Source: Lepidodermella squamata
Taxonomy: Eukaryota > Animalia > Gastrotricha
Length of the DNA: 64,000 nt
Assembly: GCA_047495785.1 (NCBI GenBank)
Contig: JBLDXI010000028.1
Span: 1,736,001-1,800,000 of the forward strand
Reading direction: 5' to 3'
Shown: one piece after another, positions 12,631-23,507 of the stretch
Numbering within the stretch: position 1 is the stretch's first letter
How the letters are laid out: the number at the start of each line of letters is the position of its first letter
The notes under the pieces: model-generated
What the model saw: only the letters and a program-made list of their open reading frames with translations
Databases searched by the model: none
Told to the model about the DNA's origin: nothing
Position numbers and translations under genes: made by a program

Positions 12631-12967
12631 ATTAAAATGTAGGTATTATTTTGGTTCGGGATAAGATTCGAATTTAATTTTAATTTGAGATAGAAGATTC
12701 GCAGATTTAAATATTTCAAAACATTTTTCGGCGATTTTTGAAATAACCAAAATTTAAATTTTGATATTTATATAGCGAAGTCATAGACTAGACCTAATTT
12801 AGTCTGTAACTAGTCACCCCGATTTTCTGCACGACACGCGCCAAGAGGACAGGTTATTCGACGAGAGAAAAGGCACGAGCCGTGATCACTTTTCAAATTT
12901 TCAAGTTTTTCTTCATCTCAAAACACAGAAATAGTAATTTTATCAGCAACAATACTCAATAAGTGTC

Positions 12968-13992
12968 ATGCATTTTTGTACGGCGGTTTTAATTACTGCG
13001 CTTCTCAGCGCATCAAATGTCATGTCTCACCAGACCCCATTAAGATGTACAACGCCTGATTTTGAGACACTCTGCTTCTCTGGCAACGCTTGGCGTTACA
13101 ACTCAACACTGGGCTACTGCGAAAGTAAAGCGGTAAACAATTAAATCCAAACTCCTTCCGATTTTTTTTATGATTTCATGATCATATATTTAGGTTTGTG
13201 AGCTGACTGGACAGAACAAGTACAAAACAGAGATCGAGTGCCTTAAAGCGTGCCGAACGGTTCGAGGCGCCTGTAGATCGCCGACTTTTGAGACCAAGTG
13301 TTACACAGGCGAAGTTTGGCGGTTCGACCTCGATTCCTATAGTTGCAAACTGTTGGCGGTAAATACCTTCAATTTTAAACCTAGAAAATGTTATTAAATT
13401 TTAGAAATTCCGATGATTTTATGATTTTGAGACAATTATGAATAACGCCTAAAAAATTAAAAAATTAAAATTGAAAATCTCTAAAATTAAAATAATTAAA
13501 ATTTTTGAATTTTCAGGTTTGCGGACAAACTGGCAAGAACAAATACGCAACACAACAGGCTTGCGAATTGGCTTGTTTGCCGCAAAAGCCGAACAATGAT
13601 GTCCCAACTTCAACTACAACATCAACAACAAGCTCTACTACCAGTACTACAACCACGACATCGAGCACTACGACCCCCGTCTATGACCAGACCTGCGAGC
13701 CAGAATCGAGCGAAGAAGGCGCTGAATTGCCCCGCCCGGCCATCTGCTACCAATCAGTTGATCAAGGCACCTGTCCCAATGGCCCTGCCACCGGTGTTTT
13801 GACGCCAATTAGCTACTACTTCAACAAAGATACTGAAACTTGCGATCCATTCGCTTTTTACGTAAAATCCTGAATTTTATATTTAATTTTAATTTGTTTA
13901 ATATTTTTTAGGGTAATTTGCCTGGTTGCAGCGGCGGAAACGCGAACCGTTTCTCGACCCTGGAGCAGTGCAAGAAAACTTGCTTGTCTTGA
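12968..13992 (+). CDS. Secreted three-domain Kunitz-like protein 2 with a Thr-rich linker (251 aa)
   Basis: Exons 12968-13132, 13194-13358, 13517-13861, 13912-13992, all phase 0. Signal peptide, two compact Kunitz-like units, a TSTTTSTTSSTT linker and a terminal GNLPGCSGGNANRF..CKKTC domain. Paralogue of 3853-4705. Confidence 0.9.
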
Positions 13993-14139
13993 AAAAATCT
14001 ATTCCCAGCTCAATTATTACTTAATGACTAATGCGACGCAGCTAAAAAAGCGTGTAATTATCGTTTTATTTTACTGAAATTCTGCGACTTTCAAATTTTT
14101 TTTAATTTTCGCCCTATACTGAAGAATAAAATCAAACCA

Positions 14140-15384
14140 ATGATACATCTAATTTTGGTCAGCTTTCATTTTATCGTTGAATTTTTGCCGCTCGGAGTCG
14201 AAGGACAGCAAAAAGTCTTGCCTCAGAATTGCTATAAACCAGAATTCGAACTAGAATGCTACTCAGGCGATCTGTGGCGCTACAACAATGAAACAGCAAC
14301 TTGCGAACTTCAACCGGTTTTTTTTGATATTTTCTATATTTTTTCCGAAATTTTCGATTATTTCTAAGGTTTGTGGATTGAGTGGGCGAAATAAGTACGA
14401 AACGCAAGAAGAATGTTCAGACGCCTGTCGATTGCTTCCAACCGACTGCATTTCGCCGCAAATTGAGCCGTTGTGCTACTCGGGCGAGCGGTGGCGATAC
14501 AATCCGGTGAAACAAATGTGCGAACTTCGAGGGGTAAAAATTTCCCAATTTAGAAAAATTGAAAAAATTCTCAAACAATTGTGAATTTTGATGAATTTTT
14601 ATTGAAGGTTTGTGGCTTTGATGGGCCGAACAAGTTTGAAACGCGTGAAAATTGCACGACGCGATGCTTGGGCGTTGCGAATCCTATCGATGACCCGCCG
14701 GCCTACTGCTATTTGAAGCCTCAAAAAGGTCCCTGTGACACTATTGTTCTTCGCTATTACTACGACCCAGGCATGAGACTATGCCGACGATTCGCTTACG
14801 GAGTAAGTTTCATTCTTTTTCAATTTTTTCAAATTTTTTAATTTTTTTTAGATTTTATTCGAATTTTTTCCATTTTATTTTTTCTGATTTACTCTATTTT
14901 CTCGTCCCCTATTGAAAGTACAAAAAAGCTATTATTTCCAGGGTTGCAATGGAAATCAAAACCGATTCACGACACGTCTCGAATGCGAACAGATTTGCGG
15001 CCGAAAACAGGATTCACCGGATATAACCGATGATTCATCGAAAAACAGCGGAAACACGAATGTCAGTGATGAAGCCGGTAATACGTACGTGCCTAAAAAA
15101 TCGATCTGCTTCCCGCGACCCGACCCAGGCCGGTGCGTGTCATCACGTGACCGCAAAAAACAACACCGCGGCTATCCTCAAATTCGCTACTACTACGACA
15201 TAAGATCTGGAAAATGTTCCGTATTCGCCTATCATGTAATAAATTTCGATGTACCAATTTTATTCCTTTCACCCATTTTTTCCGTCCTCCTGCTTAGGGC
15301 TGTGGCGGTAAACGAAACAAAAACAACTTCAAATCGATGTCGAAATGCGTGTCAACTTGCGTGCCTCGCCGTGACTCGTATTGA
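14140..15384 (+). CDS. Secreted four-domain Kunitz protein 3 (305 aa)
   Basis: Exons 14140-14316, 14369-14533, 14608-14802, 14942-15235, 15298-15384. Domain 3 is canonical (GPC..RYYYD..C..FAYGGCNGNQNRF...CEQIC). AATAAA at 15427. Confidence 0.9.
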
Positions 15385-15532
15385 CGTGAAACAATTCTAT
15401 TGATGGAAAATGTTGATGAAAATTGAAATAAATTATTTGATAAATTCACCACGAGCCCCGGAGTCGTTTACATCGCGTGTTCTAACAAAAAATTCAAACT
15501 AAAATAATAACGTAATTTTTTAGAAATTAAAA

Positions 15533-16946
15533 ATGAATAACAATAACAGGCGAGAGCCTAAAAGGCGATGGGCGGTGTGCATGCGGTTGTGGCACCGCTG
15601 GAACCGCGTGGTACCGTATGGAACCGAGCAAAAATCGAGATTTTCGTGGCTTTTTGACCCGAATTTGGCGCGGAAGCGAAATGATGGTCACGAATTGCGC
15701 ACCTCAAGCAAACGGCTGGCGAAAAAAGCCTTCTGCCTCGGCGGCTTCATATGGTTCCCTATATCGATACCGGCTATCGTTTTTTCACACTGCGGTAAAA
15801 CAGAGTGAGTGGGCCACAAATTTGAATATTCAAATTTAAATATAAAAATTGAATTGATTGTTGCTCATTAAATTTTACGAAACAGCGGTTATTGTTACAT
15901 AATAACGATCATGTCAGGGCCGACTTTGTACTCGCTAAATTAAATTATTCATGCAGCTCTGTAAAATTTTCACTGCTCGTGTTGTTTGTTGGAAAAGCTT
16001 TTTTACGTTTTCTACCTATGGCGAGTTTTAACTAGTTTTGGTCAGAAATTATTAGGTAGCTTTGGTATAGGTCCTTGTTTTCCTAATAATAAGTGAGCTG
16101 ATCAGGTCATTATATCGCCACCTCACGACACGCCAAAGTCGATAACAAAGGTGAGATAAGGCTAATTCTTTGCTTTGGGGTCAATTTACAACAGGTGTGT
16201 GAGCCCAATTAGTCGCGAAAATTCGGCACGAAATCGTGCTTTCAAGTTGACCTGATTTTTTATTACGTCAAAATTACACCTGTAAAATTAATAAAATAGT
16301 GGCAATAATGAGGTGATAATGATAATTACTCCGCAAAATTCATTTTTTATTCCGATTTTTTTAAATTATGTTCTTGAATATTATAAAAAAATTAATTGAG
16401 CTTCTAATTGAAAACTTCGATTTTTCTGATATTATCGGGGATTTTATTGCTAAATTTGGGCTCGTAGCCAAAATTTTACATCGAGCGCACTGTGTCCTCG
16501 CAACTTAGCGCTAATTTAACTGTTTTTTGTCAACATTCATTTTTTTACGTCATTTGAGCATTTCTGTGTATATCAACCTCAGATTCACAACCCGCGTGTC
16601 AGTCCTACTCAGTGTGATGTCGCTTTGCCTCGGCGTGCCCACCCTAATCGCACTTATTTGGTACCTAATACTCTGGCCAATTTTCGAGTTGTATCAAACA
16701 GTGCTCGAATCGTTACAAATGTTCCCAACTGCGCTTCACAACGCGTTTCTACGGCCCTCAATCGAACTTTCGAGATCAATCGGGCAGGCTATCAATCGGC
16801 ATGGCGCGAAAATTATTGAAGAAATGGAAAAAGTCATGCATGAACACGGCCAAATCGCGGCTGATACGCCTCAGCGAACGGTCAACGACCTTGAACGGCT
16901 GTTCCGCGACATTCGGCTCAATCTAAAAAAACACGTTGGCATTTGA
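15533..16946 (+). CDS. Membrane protein, CD225/dispanin-like 1 (211 aa)
   Basis: Exons 15533-15804 and 16583-16946 (phase 2) join in frame. Two hydrophobic segments: AFCLGGFIWFPISIPAIVFS and VSVLLSVMSLCLGVPTLIALIWYLILWP. Confidence 0.65.
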
Positions 16947-18071
16947 TGGGAAAATTGCTCGTTATATTCTAGCCGCCGCAGCTCCGTGACCTCTGGTAAA
17001 AAAAAAAAACAAGGCGATAAAAAAAAGTCACGCACTTTTATTTAATAATCGATTGATCTAATTTATTATTATCAAGTGTTTTACTTATTTTTTTCTTTAT
17101 ATCGCGCAATTTTTTGTCTCTTTATAGGTTTTTTATTTAGCTGTTGTCTGGCGAATATTCAATTTTTGATCTAAACAACGACGGCTGTGAAAAAAAATGA
17201 ACAACTTCCGTAAGCCCTCTGGTAATTCCGTTTTAAATTTCGATTTATGTCCCCCAAATTTAGTTTCTCTCAAGATTAAGTGAATGAAAACAAAAATCGA
17301 TTTTAGGTTAGAAGGCGGGGTAATCACGTGTCCCGATTATATACTCCATTTCCTTTTAGTTCGAAATTACATATCCTCTTCCGTCCTAATCCTAAAAAAA
17401 ACGTACAACGCTATATACTAAGAAACTTCTCAATCGATTTTTCAATGGAAAAATCTTTTATCCTAATAAAAGACACTAGTGAATGATCTTTAGGACAAAT
17501 AGGAAATGTTCAAAATCACGCTTTTTCACGCACCTGAGAGTTAATTTGCAAAATCGATTCACGTTTTTTTCGCTCGAATGGGTTCGGTAATCAAATCTCG
17601 CTCATCATTTTTCCTGTCTTTTCCTGTTGTTTTGTTATTTTTTCTATCTAAATCGCATCATTTTTTACAACAATTTGATTGACTTGTTTTTTGGCTGGTT
17701 TTTTATTCCTGATACACACCGTCGAAATAAATGCGCTCTTTTGTAGAAACCTCGAGCAGATGGCCGCGGAGTTGATTTCAATTTATTATTTAAAATGAGT
17801 AAAAAAACGCACTCGTTGGCCTTTGCTCTGCTCATAGTTCCGCTTATCACATCCGGAATTGCATTAACCTCGACCTTGAATTAAAATTTTGACCACACAC
17901 ATGAAAGTTATAGGATGATTCATCACGTGCCTCGTTTTTGATATCACGCCAAAAATAAGCGCATAAAATTAGTTAGTTAGGAAACGTTTTATCACTTCAT
18001 TACCAGTTATTTCACACCTCTGACGTGATTTATGTTTTTGTTATAGGAATTTAACAGATTTTTTCATTGAA

Positions 18072-19682
18072 ATGTGGGCGCCACCTATGGATTGGATGCC
18101 GCCCGGAATGGCTAAGAAGCCGGTCGTAGTCGCTCAGCATTTGTTATCAGCTTCGAAGGGCAAGGAAAATGGCTCGAAATTTGTTAAAAAATCAGCGAAA
18201 TCCGGTGCTGTAAATATCAAACAAAAGTCAGAAGCAACTCAGCTGCTGAATCCGAGATGTGTCAGTAGCCATCCTCATGCGATAGCCGCCATGCTGAGGT
18301 CTATGCCGAATTCGCCTCGCGTTGAGAAAAGTCGGAAAGCGATGATTAAACCAGTTGCTAGAACTCGGCATTTATCGATAGGAAATGATATGGTCAATCT
18401 TCAGGCGAAAACAAATCGGACAAGAAATGAGAGGTAAAAATCTAAAATTTAACGATTTTCGAAGTTATTCTCGGATTTAATTAGAATTTAAAAAATTTCA
18501 AATTTTTGCTTATATGTTACTGATCTATATTTCCTATCTATCCGATCTATATTTTCCTATATTTAAAATTAAAATAGCAAGAATTTCAAATTTCAAAAAT
18601 TCGAACAAAACTGAAAAAGTTTGAAATTGAAAATAATGTTTTTGAATTTTTGAATTTTGCTTGATTCCAAAAATTCGTCTTTCAACAAATTTCAAACAAA
18701 TATTTTTCAAATCCATGTCTGAATTTTTTTTGATAGTTATCGGTTGGCATTACCTCGTCGAAGCTTACCAGTGATACCCGAAGTAGTGTCCTTACTCTCC
18801 CTCGAACCAGCCGAGATGGATCGGCCATTTCCGGTCAGCGTCTCAGTCATGTCCGACTTTGACTCGATATCATCCAGCGGCGAGCAGCACTCAAATTCAA
18901 GCCTATCAACGGCCGAAACCTTGTCGACGCAAAAGCTCGACGGCAGTTTAATGTCCTCAACCCCGTTACTGCCCTTCGATAAAGCTGCTATTATCAAATC
19001 CTCGTCGCAGTCTTTGGTGATACGAACATCAGGCCCTCGAACTTCGATAGTTCAAATTGCGTCGAAAATTGTTCACCGCCAGAAAGACAATCCGAAGCGG
19101 CTGGCGCTGCTTTCGTTCTTTTTCGGCGGCTTCCTCGTCTTCCCACTCAGTTTAGCTGCTATTTTCATGGCTTATCGCGGAAAGTCCAGGTATGGTTCGG
19201 ACTTTTTTAATTTAAAAATTCAAAAAGTTGAGAAAATTCAAATTTTTGAACTTAAAAAATTAGCTAATCAAATTTTTAAATTTTTGAAAATTAAAAATAT
19301 AAAAAATAAACAAATTTCAATTTCAATTTCAAAATTCGAGTGAACATTTTTTGAAATTTTTTGCCGAATTTTTTCAATTTTTCTTGTTTAATTTTCACAT
19401 TTTTCAATTTTTTCAGACTGATTTCATTGAATTATTTGATTGTTCATTTTCAGATCCCATTTCGGATGGTCAGTATTGCTGAGTTTTATGACGATAGCTT
19501 CAACTTTGGTCATCCTTTTCGCAACGGTGATCGCCTCGCTTCTGTTGTTCCAGTACAGCGATCCGGACAACAATCGAAGCGGAAACATGTACTATTCTTC
19601 CTCATACCACGCCATCGGCAATTTAGCCGCTGCTGCTGCCTCGGTGACTCATCCTAATGGTGGCGTAACCCACGCTAATTAA
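18072..19682 (+). CDS. Membrane protein, CD225/dispanin-like 2 with a long Ser-rich N-terminus (347 aa)
   Basis: Exons 18072-18433, 18737-19189, 19454-19682. RLALLSFFFGGFLVFPLSLAAIFMAYRGK..WSVLLSFM aligns with 15533-16946 and shares its phase-2 intron. Confidence 0.7.
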
Positions 19683-21283
19683 ACCCGGCCTTCTGAGTGA
19701 TGATCCGTTATTTATTAACAATTTTTTCACAAAAAAAATAATGAGCAAGCGTATTGCTGCTAAAAAAAAATCCGCATAAATATCTGAACTGCTGCTATTG
19801 GAACTTTTTTCTACCACACGTATACTTGAATGTTCGAAGAAACTGGTGAATCATCCGTCACTCTCGCATTAATATTTTCCTAAAACTCGGATTATCTAAT
19901 AAAATGAGATATGACTAAAAAAGGTTGAAGAATTGTTTTTCCTATAGGTAGAGGACCCAGAACGGCACGCAGTAAGCTGAAATAAGGCATGGCGAGCTGT
20001 TATTAACTGCTGGAGCTGATTTCATGGCCGCGATTTCGGCCGATTTTTTGCTTTTCTATCCAAATACCGTAGTGCATGGTAAATTTGGATAGGTTAATTT
20101 TGGATACTTCGACTTTTGATCTTTCGAATGAAGCCAGGAGCAAAGTGATTGGAGCAATACTTGAATTTTAAGAATTATTATACGCAATGCAACTCAAATG
20201 TCGATTTGGGAACCCCCTCTAATCTTCCAAATAAATATAATCATTACGGGACGAAAAAATGCTAAAAGCGTTGCTCTCTCAGTTATTGGGAAAAATGGAG
20301 ATCCAACATGTGGTATTTGCAGGGCGTTTATCTTTCATCTAAATGAGCTATTTTCATTGCTTGTCGCAGAAAATCCACGTTTTGCATGGTGGGATTTCAA
20401 AAAAATAATGATAAAAAATCTTGAAATTTAGAGCAGGAATCCCTAATTTCGGCCGCTGCGACCTAACTTCGACCAACGGACGAAATTTGGACACGAAGTG
20501 CCTAGCAGCAGTTTTCTTTTTGCACGGAACTCAAGAAATTTGCATTGTTGAGCCAATCGTTTCATGATTTTTCAAGCACACGTGATCGCAAAAAAATCTG
20601 AATGGGTCATGAAGCTTCTCGAGTGCTTTGCTACCATAAACACCAGAGTTTCAGGCATCACATCGTCAAGGAAAAGGGCACCCGGTTCCCTAATTCCGGC
20701 CAGGAGTCTAGGTGACTTCAAAATCAAGGTAAAATCGTCCGGACTTGAGGAAAACCGGCATTTTATAGCCCAAGAATCCTCTACAATTCTGTATTTGCCG
20801 AATATTTTCTAAAAATTCACCTAGCTGGCAAAGTAGGAAATACCCGAAAAGTGGCCGAATTTAGGGCGGGATGCTCTAAAATATTGCCGAATTTTTCAAT
20901 TGTAAACTTCAATTCAAGCCCTTGCTCTAGTTTCGTTGCGCAATAATCATCGTTTGAGCTAATAGCGCGATGCACCATCTGTTCATAATTTTTTCACCCA
21001 AAGCTGAAGAAAAACTGAAAATTCAAAATACCATTCCGTATGCAAATGAGCGTGTCCGCAAATTGTCTAACTTTAGTCATACATTTTTTCGATGGCCAAA
21101 AATCAGGTAAAAATCTTAAAATCACCCAATTTTACCGATGCATCGGGGCTCACCTTACACGCCTTAGCCCCAACAAATCATCGATTTCTGAATTAGTACC
21201 GAGATTTTTAATCCTCGAAAATCTTTATTGTTTTGTCCAAAATTACCTTCACCTACGTTAATTTGACAGCGTCTTGTTAGACC

Positions 21284-21928
21284 ATGTACATTCGCAATTA
21301 TTTGACCATGGGCGTTGAAAACTTCTGCTGGCACGCCGAGCGTTTGGGTGGTGTCGATTTCGACTACATAGGTTTACGTGAAATATTTTTAAATCACCCT
21401 GAAACCATCCCGAAGAAGTACTTGAAACCTGACCAACCGGGTTTCCTCCAAATCGGTTATGTCTTTGTTGATGAATACGAAGAGAACGATGTGGAATGGC
21501 CGAGTCTAGTCTCAACCATCATTCTAGCAAGTGGCGTTTCAGCCGGCGATGCGGCTTATAGCGATCGCCACGCAATTATCTTGGCTATGCGCGAAATTTC
21601 AGTGACAAGCCAACCGGAAAGAGCTACGGCGATTTTCGAATTTTTCATTAAACCTCTGCTGCGCTCGGGCACGCGGCTGAGGATTTCATCGCTGGACAAT
21701 CCGAGTGGAGCAGCTATTTTGTCGGACTCGCGTCTGTTTCCGCTGATGGCTGAGATGTTGCAAGATTTCGGCAGAATTTACAAGCGCCCGTTATTCACTC
21801 TGATGACCGGCTGCCGTCGAGCAATTCTGAACCGGCTGAGGCTCGGGCTGGCGCAGCGTGAGGACGATGTCGAAAGTTTAAACTTGCCTGATTGCATGAA
21901 ATGTTACCTTAAATTTAACGATTTATGA
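21284..21928 (+). CDS. SOCS-box protein (214 aa, single coding exon)
   Basis: The C-terminal PLFTLMTGCRRAILNRL...VESLNLPDCMKCYLKF matches the BC-box plus cullin-box pattern. AATAAA at ~22007. Confidence 0.8.
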   Translation: MYIRNYLTMGVENFCWHAERLGGVDFDYIGLREIFLNHPETIPKKYLKPDQPGFLQIGYVFVDEYEENDVEWPSLVSTIILASGVSAGDAAYSDRHAIILAMREISVTSQPERATAIFEFFIKPLLRSGTRLRISSLDNPSGAAILSDSRLFPLMAEMLQDFGRIYKRPLFTLMTGCRRAILNRLRLGLAQREDDVESLNLPDCMKCYLKFNDL

Positions 21929-22050
21929 GTTTCAACTATTTGTGAGTTTCGTGTTACAATTCCGTTCCGTTGCAATGCTTCAAGAACATCATTAGCAGAA
22001 CAGGGGAATAAAAGGCGAACGAGTTGAAAATGAATGTGTTCAATTTTGTA

Positions 22051-22235
22051 AGGGCGTGCCAAGTGCGCACCCTAAATTTAGGGTTCCAGCACGAAATTTG
22101 AGACTCCAGCACTAGATTTCCCCTAAATAGGGGTTGCCGAGTTTCTAGTCTTTCTCAAATTGTTTGATATCATGCCTAAACGATAGAACTTCAAATTACG
22201 CGTATTTCGCGCTATGAGCGGTCAGTGTACGAATT
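22051..22235 (+). mobile_element. MITE family A, copy 1 (partial; hAT-like terminus AGGGCGTGCCAAG)
   Basis: Reverse complement of 55670-55837 and of 59090-59260. Confidence 0.8.
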
Positions 22236-22251
22236 ATACTTCATCTTATAG

Positions 22252-22879
22252 AGTTTTGAAGCGTGGAGATCTCGCGTCTTGGCAACAGTTACTATGATTT
22301 TGTGTGTCGGTTTTCGTTGCCAATTTTTGTAGCTTGCAGCTAGTTCTGCTAGGTTTGTCCTACACATTCTCAACTTTTCGAGCCCTCTACACGAAAAATC
22401 TTGTCACACTTATTTGAACGCTCGAGTTGGGTCGTAGTTTAAATTGGCACTGAATGGCCAAATTTAAAAAATTAAGTAGAACCAATTATTAAAAGGTTCC
22501 GTCTGTAACAGGGCTGTTTTTGCTACTATTAATTGGGGACGGAAACGCGTGCTCAAGCTTTTTAATTAAACCACCCTCGATTTAGGTGACGAGTATAATC
22601 AACAATGATTTTTTCCCGCGCTCCGCGCTCTCCACCGTTTCATTAATGTTCTCATTTTCAGACTCATCAAACGCAGATATTCAAGATATTCAATCGAGAT
22701 CATTTCTGAAAATGAATTCAAAGCTTATCCTCTTCTCAATCTTTTACTTGAGCCTTATCAACTTTTCTGCTCAAAATCCTCCTCCCTCACAATACTGGCG
22801 TCGATGTTTTTCTCAAGCCGACGACAGTTTTGTGGAATGTCGGAAGGAACCAGAAGATACCTACTGTAAACCCGGATGA
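22252..22879 (+). pseudogene. Truncated tandem duplicate (upstream region plus exon 1, CDS 22712-22879) of the Cys-repeat gene
   Basis: Highly similar to 23141-23678; the frame stops at YCKPG* where unrelated sequence begins. Confidence 0.85.
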
Positions 22880-23507
22880 TTCAAACCATGTCCTGCTTGA
22901 TCACTTCGTCAAACAGATGTCGCCATAAGTCGACCCGATGCGGACACTGCAGCTCGCCAGTGGTGGCAACAGTTTAGGTATGAGAGTTAAACCGTCTAGC
23001 CTAACAAATCAATAAACCGTTTTTCCGGCCAGGTTACCCCCACACCACTGTGACAAAAATGCTGCGTGATTTTCAGTAGTTTTGTTGGGGCTGATTACCA
23101 CATTGAGAACTCACTCATTAATAGTTTGCCTTCGGTGCCAAGTTTTGAAGCGTTGAGATCTCGCGCCTTGGCAACAGTTTCTATGATTTTGTGTGTTGGC
23201 TTTCGTTGCCAATTTCTGTTATTCGTCTAACTATAGCTTGCAGCTAGTGTTCTGCCAGGTTTGTCCTAAACACCCTCAGCGATGATCAAATTATAAAAAT
23301 TAAGTAGAACGTCTGTAACGGGGCTGTTCTTGTTATTAATCAGGGATGCAAACGCGTGCTCAAGCTTTTTTAATTAAACCACCCTTCAAGGCGACAGGAA
23401 TAGAATGAACAATGAATTTTTCCCGCCCTTCGCGTTCTCCACCGTTTCATTCATGTTCTCATTTTAAGACTCATATTCAAGATATTCAAGCGAGATTATT
23501 TCTGAAA

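Noticed and set aside
19945-21255. Possible non-autonomous DNA transposon
   Set aside because: TE-like texture, but I could not pair the termini.
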